Below, piece after piece: positions 23,265 through 36,237 of a stretch of DNA of 64,000 nt (position 1 is its first letter; the number at the start of each line of letters is the position of its first letter). Under the pieces are notes generated by a model that searched no databases, was not told the DNA's origin, and saw only the letters and a list, made by a program, of their open reading frames with translations. The translations under genes and the position numbers were made by a program. The stretch is from assembly GCA_051942205.1 (NCBI GenBank), contig JAVECO010000119.1:1-64000 (forward strand), read 5' to 3'. Source of the stretch: Coniocarpon cinnabarinum. Its lineage: Eukaryota.

Positions 23265-26200
23265 ATGGCAGATGACTCTCCGCGTTCAGATGATGCGGAA
23301 GGGGTAAGGTCCAAAGGCTGGAACAAGCTCAGAGGCAAGATCTTCGACAAGGAAGTGAAGCTTTCAAAGTTTAGACGCCACCACTCCAACGAGCAAGATG
23401 TTGATGACTTCTTGCGGCCCGGCGCCGTATCTCCGTCTCATGCCACGACACATTCAGGACCGAGACTCGATATCTCGGCCGCCAAAGGCCAAACTGGCAG
23501 TCCGCTCGGCGAGCATGATTTCTTGGAGAGTACCTCTGCAACAGTCGGCGGTGATGGTGGCATTCCTTCCTATGCGCCGACCCGAGAAGATATGGCAGCC
23601 GGCAAATGGACTCCCCATAAGCCCACAAGGCGACCTGGCTTGCGTGTAGAATTCTTGGATGGACCTGCTGATGTTATTGGCGAAGGAGGGGAGGAATCTG
23701 AGGAGACTCCTCTTGCTGTTGGCCGGCGTTGCGTAAGGAGTCAGCATTCGGACCGCCCAAACCGGTTTCTATCCACCGGCCAAACACCGCCCCCCGTTGA
23801 ACCAGTTATTAACGCGTCTGTGGGTCGCAGTACAACTAGCGCCACTCATGACCCTCAGCAACAAACGTATCGGTCAGGCGAGCCCATCCGGCAGCACGAT
23901 GGACAGCCGAGCTCCCCACGTCGATCGCCACACCGTAGAAAACCCTCCTCGATACCGTACCCTCCCCCTAGCGTTCCTACCACATCCGCAAATACTTCCC
24001 ATCCAGACTACGATGGCGAAATCATAAGGCCACTGCGTAGAGCCCCTACTGGAATGGACGAAGCTCGAGAACATCAGCAAAATCTGAATGACGCTTCTAA
24101 TGAGCTGCATCTCAGCCCAACCTCACCACCAGAGCCATCGTACCATCAAGTAACGTATGAACAACAAATGCAGCAGATACTGACCAACACATACTCTGCT
24201 TCTACTCAAGCCTCTGCGAGGAAGCGGAGTCCTCCTCTACTAAGAAGATCGCCGGCTCGAAACTTGCCAAGTGGTGATGACATAGCCCCTGAGATTCGGT
24301 CCCCCGTGGACAGCGGTAGCATGCGGAAGATGAGAGCCGAGGAAGGCTTGGTCCATCGCTCTAGCGTGCAAGGTATTCAAGGGATTCCTGGGGGAGATAA
24401 GTCCGTCACAGCGGCTCTATCCCAAGTCTCGCCAGCGCTGGAAGCTCCGTCACCTTATTCCGCACAACCCAGATCGAGCTTTGAATCCAACCGGAGTGGT
24501 GACTCTGAACAATCGCGCTATTCGCACTCTCCAGAGCCCTCATCTCTGCCTTCTTTTCATCGATTCTCGACCGCTTCTTACGAGAGCACACAGTTCTTGT
24601 CTCCACCTGCAAGCTCACATGGACATCCTCCGCGGCCCGTGCCGCCACAAAGACCTTCGGTTGGTCCTCAAGAGATCTCGCCAAGCAGGGCATATGACAA
24701 GACTCTTGCGCAAGACACATCGTTGGCGCACGGTACCCCGCAGCACACACCAGCGCTGACGGAGACGATTGCGAGACCTCAGCCGCTCAGTGTCAGTCGC
24801 CAAAGACCAGATAGTAAACAATTAGCAGTCGACAGAGATCCCAGTGCAGAGGAAGCGTACAGTCAATTTGCTTCCGCGGTTGCTGGAACAGGATCTATCT
24901 TTCAGTTAGCAGCCGAAGATGCAGGAGTGCAGCTCACGCTCTATGATTGGACTCGTTGCGCCCTTTGGTGGTTTCTCAAAGGTCAAGAAGGTATTCAACA
25001 GCACCAAGGAATGCCGGGTACACCGCCAGGACACTTACTACAACAACATCACCTGAACTTGGCAAAGGCATACTGGATGTTGACTGAGGTCATTCCACCC
25101 CTTTTAAGTAACGCCGAGAAAGAACCAAAGACTTGCCCACCATCGCAGAACTTGAAGAGTGTCGATGCAGCATGTTCAAGCCTTGATGACGCGTTCAAAG
25201 CGTTTTGTGTAGTAATGAGAAAGTATGAACTTCTCCCCACTCAACACGAAAAAGCTGTGCAAGGGGTAGACTCTAAATTGTGGCTTCAAGAACGATTCGA
25301 CAATCTTCCTCTGGATTGGCAATGGGTTCTCAGCGGAAAAGTATTTGCACCAACACGGCAGACGACAGATGTTGAGCCGCTGTCCGCTTTGCCTCTGCAG
25401 GATACACGCTCTAGCTACTGCTACGGAAGAATCTTTGTGTCTGCAAAGGTAACACTTGAGGAGGATAAACCAGTCATAGAGTCCCTGGAGTGCGCTCTAA
25501 CGTTCGTACGTTCAAAGTCGTCCGCGGAAGCCGAGGTCGTCATAAGCTCCCAGGATAGCAACGTCAACGTGCACATCCGCGCTACTGGTGAACAAGGCGT
25601 TCATTGGGAACACACTCGATTCGATGCTGACGAAAGATCACTTCGTGTCAAGCTTCCACAGAAGCTGCGGCTCAAGCTTTTGTGCTCACAAAGAGACTAT
25701 GATTTTTTATGGGGCTTTCACAACAACTCGCAACGAATTTCCCAGTCACTATTGCCCAAAAAGAACGAGCGGCTACTTCAGCCTATCAGGCTGAGGAGCT
25801 TCCATTTCCGCGACACTTCACATCCTGACGAGTTCCCGTCGGATCCTGTTGGAATCTGTCGGGCGGCCTTGTTCGAGCAACTGCTCAAGTCTAATCGCGA
25901 CCCACGGATGGTTCACGCTGGGCACCGCCTCGCTATAGTGAATTTGGAGAGGACCGTCCGTAATGTTAACATTAGTTTTGGAAAGACAGCGCCTTTCGAA
26001 TACAACCTTTCAGACAGCCAACCCACCCTTCAATTTCAAATGAATGAAGCTGGCCGCCGACGAAGTGCCCACATGGTATTCGAGGAGCTTCAGCAACGAG
26101 ACTTATTTCGTGATCTTCTCTCAGGCACAGTCCTTGGGAACAACGAAAGTATGCTCCGTCAAATCCCAATCAGAAGTCTTGCCCTCAGCCGTGCCACCGC

Positions 26201-27180
26201 CTCAAACCTCATTCCAGCGATTGTGAATTGGGACAGTCTGCAAATAATCAACGAGGATGATCCAACGGATCCACACCATCTCAGCGTATCTGCAGATGCG
26301 TCGGAACACCTAAGAATCATGATGTATCAGCAGAGTGGCAGCATTGTTGACCGTATGACGAATGCTCTTGTCGATCTCAAGATTCGACTTGAGCCAGCGG
26401 TCCACGAGCAACTACACATATATCGCGATGGCGGACGTCAAGACCTGACCATTGCCATTGGTCCGGATCCGAGCGAAACCAAGGATTTAAGACAAATGTT
26501 CGACTTTGCTACATCTGGGCCGCATGTCTGTACGTACACGTTCGGGTCGCTGCAAGATCTTCATGGTTTCCAAGGCGTCGTGACAGGTTTTGCAGTCAAG
26601 TATGATGGTGTAGCTTCCAGCTTTTCGATTCCTCGGAGGAAGCCCGGCTCCGTCATCGCAAAGCAATTAGAATCCAGCGAGGCAAGAGTTCAAATAGTCG
26701 AGCGAGACCGGGTAACTCAACTCATTGCTTTCTTCGACAATTACATACTCGCTGACAGCATGAATTTCGAACTTCGACCCACAGACAAGTTCGAAATGAC
26801 GGACGGCAAAACGCTTGGACTGGGTGTGAAATTGGTGGATGCCAAGTTTGTCCTGCCGGGGTCGGGCAAGGATGACCCCGTGAAGGATGGCGCAGTCCGA
26901 GACGCGAGTGCCAAATACACCGCTTTCGACACAGAGAATTATAATGAAGAGCGTATGCTAGGCATCCTACTTCTGAGTGGAAACCATGATACTGATGTGC
27001 TATTGTAGACGATGACATTACAGTGTCTTTTCGATCTGAGCTCGGTAAGTCTGTTTTCTACATCGAAAAACGATTGCGCTTACACTGGTGTCTGCATTAG
27101 AACGCGACAGATTTGCCGAGGCATTACCTGCCCCGGTGTCTTCAGCCAATAAGAAGTTCACGTTACGACGACGCATATGA
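23265..27180 (+). CDS. Large uncharacterised fungal protein: disordered S/P-rich N-half and folded, possibly PH-like C-terminal domains
   Basis: 1247-aa ORF plus two 3' introns (gtatgc..tag, gtaagt..tag) giving DDITVSFRSEL|ERDRFAEALPAPV...RRRI* ending at 27180. Confidence 0.8.
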
Positions 27181-27295
27181 ATCACGAGATTAATCCTTCT
27201 TCATCGGAGTGCAAGCACAAGCACGCATACCGACGGGCACAATGTTTTGGCGTTGACTCGGCATATACCCCTATCAAGTGATTTGTTGAGAGATT

Positions 27296-28000
27296 TCAAA
27301 ACACACCGGATTGCTCTTCTCGCCACCAGTTTTCGAACAGAGTCAGCCGCTCGGACCGCATTTTGGCCATCCTTTTGCCCGTTTCAGTTTTCATCAAGCT
27401 TTCGAGACGGAAAAGCTTTTGATGAAAATGCTCAATTGCTGTGTCCATGGTGTATGGGTTCGGTGGCGTGGACTGATGACCCTCTCCATCCGCTGCTTCA
27501 GGCGATACTTTGGTCCGCCCGGCGGTCGAAGCGCCAAATGTAAAGCATCTGCCCACGCCGATAGCACCCAACGCATCGAGACGATCGGCGTCTTGCACGA
27601 CACCGAGCTCGGGGAGGTTGACTAGCGCGTCTCGAACGGCGGTGGGGTCCTTACATTCCTTAGAATAGGAGACTTTGTTGGCAATGTTTTGCACAGCAGC
27701 AGCCTGGTCTGCGGGAGCACCCTGTGACAACAGAAAATGGCTCACCGGATTCGCAAGATCATTGTGACGCGCGTACTTGGCATCGCCGACGTCATGCAGT
27801 AGGGCCGCCAGCTGGACTATATCCATATTATACAAGATGCCATGTTGACCATGCTCGGTTTGGGCAATGTGCACGGCAAGTCGCAAGACACGCTCAACGT
27901 GGGACCAATCATGCGAGGCGTCGTAACGGTCCATGTATTGCTTGACGAAGGCTCGAGTGGCGGAAAGGAGGCCGGCGGGTTGGGGAGCGTGGTCAGACAT
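27296..28000 (-). CDS. HD-domain metal-dependent phosphohydrolase
   Basis: DASHDWSHVERV, AALLHDVGDAKY, VVQDADRLDALGAIGVGRCFTFG, HFHQKLFRLESLMKTETGK. Confidence 0.92.
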   Translation of the reverse strand: MSDHAPQPAGLLSATRAFVKQYMDRYDASHDWSHVERVLRLAVHIAQTEHGQHGILYNMDIVQLAALLHDVGDAKYARHNDLANPVSHFLLSQGAPADQAAAVQNIANKVSYSKECKDPTAVRDALVNLPELGVVQDADRLDALGAIGVGRCFTFGASTAGRTKVSPEAADGEGHQSTPPNPYTMDTAIEHFHQKLFRLESLMKTETGKRMAKMRSERLTLFENWWREEQSGVF

Positions 28001-28808
28001 GCCCGGTTGATTGAGGCTGTGAAGGTGGCGTGTGCATGAGAGGAGTTAGCCTGGCGGGTTAAGCAACAGCGAAACGCCTTGCCCCAGGAGATGACCACGC
28101 AGCAAGGAGAACCTTTCAAGGGCTCGAGTAAAGCATCGACGGCTGCATCGAGGCCTCGCTCACGAATGCTACATCTGTGAAAGAAGTACGTGAAGTCTGT
28201 CCAAGTGGGCCTCTGTGGTCGCAGGTAGCTCTGCCGGTGATGTCATCGCGACTGATACGGCCTACCCTGCTCGACACCCCGCCCCCTGGTCTCGGCACCG
28301 AAATCTCTGTTTCCGGAGGGGCGGGACACGTGCACGTGCAGACCCTGCAAACAGATCAAGATCCCCCGTCAGCCAGTGCCACGAGCCTTCCATCCGTCAC
28401 CGGTCAAGTGGCGGAGCTGGGCACGTGAGTGTACTGACCGAGCTACGCTACGTTATACTGAGCCTTGCCATCGCGTGGCGCTCATTCGTCTACAATACAT
28501 GCGCTGCTGGATCCACGGACTTTGCAATTGCACATTGGATCGCTCGCAATTTCCATTGGCTGGCCCTGCGCCCCAGGCAGTGTAGTGGCCTTGCTCGATG
28601 CTGCCGTCTTCGCTGGTGTTCCTGCCCGCTCCGCCTCCGTCACCATGATGGCATTCAGTAGCTGCTCTCGCGTCCCCGGTTCGGCTATCTTCTAGAATCT
28701 TGCCCATTGCGTTCATCACACTTGCTTTTCCATCTTTTCCTTTACTTTTTCTCCAGTTCGAAAATCATTCAATCTCGTCGCGCGACCTAATACGTCGAAT
28801 GGGTCGCC

Positions 28809-31481
28809 ATGGTATCCTCAAAGATTGGCGGACCCCCGAGCGAAGCTCCTCCAAGCTATGACGAAACCGAATCCGTGCAGCTCTTGTCTTCGCAGTTGGC
28901 TGGAACGCAAATATCTGAGCTCCATGTTCGTGGAAAAGTGCCCAATGTCTCTCAGACCATCTGTCACTTGAAATTGCTACATGCCTTTTCCAAACTCAGA
29001 GACCAGGTCAGCAACACTGACGGCCTCTTTGGTCTTTTCGACGTCCCAGAGAACGAGCACAGCGATGACTTTGATGACCTGAAGCACGCGCGGGCTCTGC
29101 TGAGACTTCGGATCAAAGAGAAGCGCTGGGCCGTCTACGTCCAACGCGCCGCTGACCGCTTTGCCAACTGGTGGAATGCTCTGAAGCAGTGGAAGCATGG
29201 CGGCACACTTCTGCAAATTGCAGACCTTCTCAGTGAGGGAAGATCAAAATTCATGACTGGCACCGAGAAGCCATCGAAAGAAGATCCCGACTGGATCCGA
29301 GGAAAGCTGCCACCTCTTGGTGAGTCCCTGGCTGCTCTCCGTTTGAAATTGTATTCATAGTTCGTCAAAGAGACAATGGCTTGCTGATGATTTTCTAGAC
29401 GTTCTTATGGTATGGCATGCGTTCATGCTCAATCCTCATGATTATCTCGAGGATTGTCTGCGACACAGGCTCATGAGTGTCTGGCACAGTGGCATGCCGT
29501 GGCAGCACATTGATTCTCTGATCGATATCGACAGTGGCGCTTATGTTGTGTCCGAAGATGACCAACGCGCTTTTGAAATGTTTGTTGCCAACAATGGCAT
29601 GAGTACTTCACCGACACTTTGGAATAATCTCGACGATGACCCTGAAAAAATCCTCGACTGCCCTCTGTGCGACTATGAAGTCCTTAATAGCCAGAGTCGC
29701 CTTCGTGTACCTTGGACGACCTCTGGAGCCGCCTTGGCTGAAGCCGCTGCGAGCGTAACGCGTTTCAAGGACGAGCTGCCCCGGAACGACAACCGCCAGC
29801 AGAGTGACCTGGCCCTTGTCGACCGTGCTGCTGAATCTGGCCAAGGATACGCTGATGTAGGGTTTCGGGCTCGATGCACTCATTGTAATCGCATAATCAC
29901 GCATGACACTTTGCAGTCCTGGTAAGTAATAAAACCCGCATAATTAGCTTCAGCTTCAGCTCGTGCTATTTCTCCCAATAAATGGACAGCCTTCCTGTGT
30001 GAATAGTTTATCTTACCGTTGTTGAGGTGGACATTGCTAACGACATCGACGCTAGGCAATTCCTTCGAGATGCAATCACATGGAAGATTCGCAGCAAGAA
30101 GAGCGAACGCATCTTGCAATGGGAAGATGCCGCCTCCGCAATTCCCATGAAGGGTACACTGCTAAATGACGACGGCATTCCGAAAGGCGACTATTGTGCA
30201 TACGGCGCCTTCAAGAGCAACGCGCGCAATTTCCCCAACCGCATTGTGGGCGCCAGCATGACCTTCGCAAAGCCGGCACACCTCTGGCCTGATATGAAGC
30301 GGGTTCGCGACGAGATGCAAATTGCGCTCGCGGACCTCACATACGTCGGCTGGGCATTGCAGACGCACTCGAAGCGCCTGCCCATCCCCCGCAGCCATCG
30401 CGTCGCCATCCGCAGAATGATGTCTCATTACTGGTCCAACTCTTCGCCTTTCTGCACTGACCTCGCGGCCGCTGTCATCCGCCAGGGATCTTTCATCGCC
30501 AAGATGCAGGACATTGATTGGTTGCATTCACCGGCGATCGCGTCGACAATGTCGCGCCTCATTCAAAAGTACGAGCGCTTCGTTCAGATCATGGGCACCT
30601 ACAAGAGTGACATGGCGGTGCCCACGCTCGACGTCGATCTTGCGTGGCATACCCACCAGCTTGCTCCGTCTTCTTATTACAGCTACACGACCGTTCTCTG
30701 CGGCAAATTCATCGACCATGATGACAAAGTCGGCGAACTCAAGCTCTCCGATTCCTTTGCTAAAACTTCGGCCCGATATCAGAAGATGTTCAATGCGCCA
30801 TACTCCGAGTGCACCTGCTGGTACTGCGAGGCCATCCGCGCTGAGCACACCTCGTCTCTCACCCGCACTTTTAAAAAAGACAGAGAAAGATCGATACAGG
30901 AGCAGCTGCACGACTGCCCCGAAAATGGTAACCACATCTCTTCACACGGCGTCATTCGTCCGGTCATGGATTCACTGGACGAGCGCAGATACACCGCCGC
31001 AGTCCAAAAATACGAGACACAGCTCAGGTCCGCGTGGGAAAAGGCGTGTAAGCGCGCCCGCAAAGAAGGACGCACGCCGCCGGAAGCGCCGCGAGGATTG
31101 AGGGAAAAAGACGGAAAGCGCGGCAACAAAAAAGATGGCGCGGCAGCATCCGACGCGCGCTTGTACGGCCTCTACATGTATCCCTATCCCGTTGGGTTTA
31201 TGCCTCTGCCGTACGCGACACCTGTCGGATACTGTCCAGGCATGTACGCGGGGGATCCGGGTTGCGCCAGTACGGTGCACGGTGCCGCGGGCAACTGCGC
31301 TAGCGGAACATGTGGAGGGGGCGTCGCTGCCGGTGGTGCCATGTGTGGTGCCGGCGGTGCGAGTGTTGGAGGGTGTGCCGGCGGATCTGGAGCTGGGGTT
31401 GGAGGATGCGGAGGTGGCGGAGGAGGTGGCGGCGGCTGCGGTGGTGGAGGTGGCGGTTGTGGTGGCGGCGGCGGGGGATAG
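28809..31481 (+). CDS. Glycine-rich domain-containing protein (GRDP/DUF1399-like), 3 exons
   Basis: LPPL|DVLMVWHAFMLNP, DLAAAVIRQGSFIAKM...WLHSP, VPTLDVDLAWHTHQL, FIDHDDKV, CTCWYCE and a C-terminal Gly/Cys-rich tail. Confidence 0.85.
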
Positions 31482-32596
31482 ACGACTGCGCCCCAAGGAT
31501 GGACATGTGTACGATTACGTCTGCTGCAATGCCAAAGTTGGATCAGGAGAAGTTTTGGAGCACTCTTCAGTCTATGAAGTGCTTTTCGTGTGCTTTGTGA
31601 CAACTTAAGAGCTGAGGAGCACAAATCGGATGGCTGTATGGGTATATCTAGCTATGCACCGACGTCTCTTGACATGAAAAGGTCACGACTAGAAGGTCCA
31701 GTCGCAAGAAAGTGGAGTCATCTCAGAACGCTCGAATCAAACACAGTGTCTATGCTCATTCTCAAAGATTTCGGCGTACGTCGCCCTGGATTGCTTGCCA
31801 TCCATGCCCAGGAAACCGTGGTAGTGAGAGCACTCTCTCCCACCAGAATCGATGTTGAATCACGATAGTTCTCAGATTCATGCCTTACATATCTTGGAAG
31901 CGTGCAAGACGTAGACTCTCTGTGCAAGCATTGCTTCTGATGGGTCTGGGCTAACCGCTCCCAACCATGCACGCTACCAAAGCGTAATGGAGACGATCGT
32001 CTTGACGGTGCTCAGGATGAGTCGCAAACCGTGTAAGGATATGCGTAAGTCCATGCTTACAGCGACAGTCCTGATATTTCAAAATTTACAATACGACGCT
32101 CGCTCGGCCATTGACTCTATCGGACATGCACCCTATGCTTGCCACCGCACACGGATGCATTATCAATACTCCGATAGCAAAGAGGAAGGATGTGATTGCG
32201 AAGACCCCGTGCCAATGCTTGCGCGAATTCACCCTTCGGCTGGACCGTTCTCGATTTTTCTTCTGCCGGAGGGGTTCGAGGGGTCTATTCACGGACGTGT
32301 ACGTGGGCCTCTGCAGCTGCCCACATAGACAGGAGATGCGACGTTTTTTGCAAGACCCAACAGTACTTGGAAGCAAACACCGAGGCAGATTCATGTGCTA
32401 ATGTACATCAGTTCAGGGTAGCCTGGAGTATCAATGCATTGCTCCACGAACGACCGACTCTTGCCTAGGCGACGCGTTGGCTGTGCTGATATGACTGAGA
32501 TGAGTTCCATTGAACACAAGAGCGTTCTGGGGGCCGAAACAAGACATGCTGAATCGGTTGACACAGTTATAAGCATATCATGCACGAGTGTGGTGC

Positions 32597-35500
32597 CTAG
32601 AATAGTTCTTTGAACTGCTGCCAAACATCCTTGTCCACGTTCTGGAGATAGTCCTGTTCGAAACGATCCCATCCGCCGCATTGGACAACTATGGCATCAA
32701 GCTTTGCTTTGACGTAGCTGGGAAGATTGACATTGTGCACCGGATCCTCATGCGCCAACCGTTCCCTGCGTACTACCTCGGGGCTCATGGTTTCTAGATC
32801 CAAGCCTTGCGGTGGCTGATACGGCGGCAATACTATTGTGTCCCCTCCCTTGTCTTCGTCGCCATCTCGTAGCTCAATCATGATACTCGTCCATGTGGAC
32901 AAGTAGTCTTGAAGTTTGCTCAGAATCCAGGGCTTGTTCAGGTCCAGCAGCTGAGTCAATGCCATGACCATAAGCTTGGTCCTAGGAGCTGATCCCACGT
33001 TGTCAAGGTGGCTGAACCATTCCTCTATCACTTTTCTCATGATCCCCTCTAGCTCGGCGCCGCGCTCTTGCGCTGCGCATTGCACCAAGCTGAAGAAGGC
33101 TTGTGTGCTGTTCAACAGCACCCTCGCAAGGACGATGAAGAAGTAAGTTTCGCTGCGAGCAGACTTTGGCGGATCTTTTCGATTTGGACCATGTGTTTGG
33201 TTCGCCGACCAACAGCTGAGGATACAGTCCACTGCGTCGCTAGAGAAATGAGCGTGTGTCAACCTGTCAACGAGTGCCTGTAAGCCCTGCTCAGCCTCCA
33301 AGTCAACCACTGCCCGCACGAGAAGCTCCAAGCAGGTAGATATCGCCGCAGCTCTTTGTGGGGTCTCGATGGCCATATATGAGCATAGCTGGAGAGGCAC
33401 ATTCAAAGCGCTAGCATCCTGCACGATTTCCGGGCTTGCAAGTACGAGCAGACTTTCGGTGATCTCAAGGAGCTTATCCAAAGAGTCACCATTCGTACGA
33501 AAATGGCATTGCACGTAGTCGAGGCTGACGCGGATAAGCGCGGGATTAACAGGACGATGGCTCTGCTGTATAAGTTCATGTAGCAGATCAAGGCTGTCTT
33601 CCCATAGATATAAATTCTCTTGAGACGATGGGTCACAAACCTGTTGTAGAAGCGGTATGACAAATTGCTGCAAGGGTGACGACGCCGCCTTGAGAGACCC
33701 TGTCAGCTTTGCGAGTACACTAACGATGGCTTTCTTGATCAGCTGTTGCTTTTCAACTTCGCCCCAGAATTTTTGAAGAAGCTGGACAATCTGGTCGGCA
33801 AATTGTATAACTGTTGCATCCATACGCTCCACAATGCATCGCAGCGAGTCCAGCAATGCAAGCTTGTTTTCAGGCAATTGCACTTCAATCATAAGATCGA
33901 CCATAAATCCAAGAATATCGGAAGCGTATGGCTTGAACATCTGAGGATCGAAACCAAAGTCGTCACCAACTTCTTTGAATCGCTTGCCGGCAGTCACACG
34001 AACGACTTGGTCATTACGTGAGTCGGAAGGATCTAAAAGGGACACATACATGGCGTAGACCTTTGCCTTGTTGTCATGATTGAGAGCGTCCGTAATGGGC
34101 ACCCACTGCGCAAGAAGAATCGCAATGCGCCGGCGAATGATATTGTACTGAGGTGAAGACTTTACAATATCCTGTGTGAGTTGTTGCTCGAAGAATTGAT
34201 TAAAGTTGAAAGAGTCTGCTAGCCGTGAGGCAGCGGTCCCTAACGCTGAGTACGTGGCATCTTTGATGAAAACTTCGTCGGAAGGCGCGTAGCGCTCGAC
34301 GAGATGGATCAAGGGCTGGGCGACTAAATCTTTGTACCACAACGTGATGTCAAGAAAAAGCCGCTCAGCGCAGGGTCGAAGCGCCTGCTCGAAAGCGTCG
34401 TCTGCATCCTGCTCCCTAATTTCCCACTCTTCAGCGTCATCTGTCCACTCTTCAACATCGCCCGGTGAATACATCATGTAGGTGCCTATAAGGCCTTCAA
34501 ATAAACGCGCGACAAAGTCCGAAGTCAACACCTGGTGTCTGATGTGCTCTCTAGCTCTCGACGGCTCTTCAGGGTCACGATTTCTTGCGAATTTCATTGT
34601 GTGCACGGTGTTGAACGCAGCTTTGAAGCATGCCCTGAGAAGCATCAGAGCTCGTAAGATGAAGAAAGGAGCAAGTCCGTCCTCCAATGCTTCGTCCAGC
34701 TCATCCGTTTCACCTAGTTGCTTCCTACGTAGCGTTGTAGCAGCATCCCAATAGAAGTGAACAAGTGATGTTGGTTCCAACAACGAAAAGGTGATAGGAT
34801 GCGTTTGCGCCATTGAAAGATGCAATTTGACGAGCTGTCTCATCAATGCCATCCACCATTGGTTGCCGTATAGCAGCTGATCTCCCATGCCGATTTGCAA
34901 GCTGTGCATCGATGCTGTCCAGATAGATACACACGCCTCGTCCTGGTGAGGACTCTCGAAAGCATCGATGGCTAATCGCCTCAAGCACTTGAAGATCAAC
35001 ACAGCATGAAACAGGGTCTGTCTTGCATTATCGCCAGGAGATGTCGTCGATTCAAGTATCGTTCGTAGTTCAGGGTCGGCGGACAGTATGTGGAAGAGCT
35101 TGGGCGCGGCATCTTGATACGCCTTGCGTGGAAGTGTAAGCCGGAGAGTGCCAAAGGCGGTGATGGTTTTTTGTATAATCTTGAGCGCAGAGGGAAAACG
35201 GCGGGGAGAAGAAGATTTTGCGGAGTGGTATAGGTTTGCCAGGTCATCGAACAAGCTTGGCCACTTACTTGGAAAGTCCCTGCGTGCAATTGAGGCGAAT
35301 ATGACCGCAGTCAGGGTCACGAGTCGCCCGTCAGATTCTTCAAGGTCGATCTGCTGCAGTCCCAAGCGGATCGATTCCTGTTCTTGGGTGGTTAGTGTAG
35401 AGCCAGCCCGCCAATGCCGGTCAATCCCGTTCTTGAGTTGCGTGAGCGCTAATATACGAGTAGCTGGAGGCTGCCCTTTTTGCTGTGCAATCGAGAAGAG

Positions 35501-35638
35501 CACGTCATGGAACCCCGGCTGGGCCTGCCACTGGTCTAATTGCTTAGCAGCGAGCTGCGCTTGGCCCTGGGACTGATCCCGCTGGAATGCCGCAGCCTCG
35601 AGTACAACAAGTATGTCGTGAGCACTCGGAGCTGCCAT
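32597..35638 (-). CDS. KAP120: Importin-beta family karyopherin, importin-11/Kap120-like
   Basis: 1013-aa intronless helical protein. IBN_N-like LALTQLKNGIDRHWR, IARRDFPSKWPSLF, WTDDAEEW, RPCAERLF, IIRRRIAILLAQW and the C-terminal DPVHNVNL. Confidence 0.85.
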   Translation of the reverse strand: MAAPSAHDILVVLEAAAFQRDQSQGQAQLAAKQLDQWQAQPGFHDVLFSIAQQKGQPPATRILALTQLKNGIDRHWRAGSTLTTQEQESIRLGLQQIDLEESDGRLVTLTAVIFASIARRDFPSKWPSLFDDLANLYHSAKSSSPRRFPSALKIIQKTITAFGTLRLTLPRKAYQDAAPKLFHILSADPELRTILESTTSPGDNARQTLFHAVLIFKCLRRLAIDAFESPHQDEACVSIWTASMHSLQIGMGDQLLYGNQWWMALMRQLVKLHLSMAQTHPITFSLLEPTSLVHFYWDAATTLRRKQLGETDELDEALEDGLAPFFILRALMLLRACFKAAFNTVHTMKFARNRDPEEPSRAREHIRHQVLTSDFVARLFEGLIGTYMMYSPGDVEEWTDDAEEWEIREQDADDAFEQALRPCAERLFLDITLWYKDLVAQPLIHLVERYAPSDEVFIKDATYSALGTAASRLADSFNFNQFFEQQLTQDIVKSSPQYNIIRRRIAILLAQWVPITDALNHDNKAKVYAMYVSLLDPSDSRNDQVVRVTAGKRFKEVGDDFGFDPQMFKPYASDILGFMVDLMIEVQLPENKLALLDSLRCIVERMDATVIQFADQIVQLLQKFWGEVEKQQLIKKAIVSVLAKLTGSLKAASSPLQQFVIPLLQQVCDPSSQENLYLWEDSLDLLHELIQQSHRPVNPALIRVSLDYVQCHFRTNGDSLDKLLEITESLLVLASPEIVQDASALNVPLQLCSYMAIETPQRAAAISTCLELLVRAVVDLEAEQGLQALVDRLTHAHFSSDAVDCILSCWSANQTHGPNRKDPPKSARSETYFFIVLARVLLNSTQAFFSLVQCAAQERGAELEGIMRKVIEEWFSHLDNVGSAPRTKLMVMALTQLLDLNKPWILSKLQDYLSTWTSIMIELRDGDEDKGGDTIVLPPYQPPQGLDLETMSPEVVRRERLAHEDPVHNVNLPSYVKAKLDAIVVQCGGWDRFEQDYLQNVDKDVWQQFKELF

Positions 35639-36237
35639 TCTGTATCAGCGTGCATACGCAACACCTATCGCTGCAGTCTTCAGCTTCGTGGGTGGCACAT
35701 CAGAGGCATTCGCATGGCACGAGGGTTGGGAGGGCCGGATTGAAGCGTTTGAAATCGATCTACAGGTATAGATGGAACAGTCAATGTTTCGAGAGCTCGC
35801 GCTCAAGTGCTATCAGTCGATAAGTTTTCTGATCGATCGACTGCTCAAACAAGTCGCTCACTGAGACTGACAATGCAGCACAGAGATTGTCACCGTCCTT
35901 GGTCGCCAGTCCTAAGGTACTTGCTATTTGCGCCAAGGCTTCTCATGAAATTGATACCTCGATATTCAGGCCTCAAAGAGCTTTCTCCACGCCGTATTCC
36001 GTACCTACCTTGTGTCAGACCACCTACCTATCAAACGACTGCCTACGACCTCATGTCCCTACTTTCACCTCCGCCGGTGCTCGAGCTGAATAAGGCGCTG
36101 ATCATGCCATACCTATTATTTCGTATCTGACGCCCCCTATCCCCAAGTTTTCCTCTTCTCATCGCATTCGCTCGGGCACACTGCTGAGCCGTGGACTCTG
36201 AACGACGTCGACTAGCACATGCAGAGCTGTGCCAGCC

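Noticed and set aside
30972..31624. Pro-, Arg/Trp- and His-rich overlapping ORFs
   Set aside because: Alternative-frame and antisense shadows of the poly-Gly tail.
31590..32468. Short ORFs and splice-like signals between the GRDP-like and importin genes
   Set aside because: No coherent gene model or recognisable domain; a small gene cannot be excluded.
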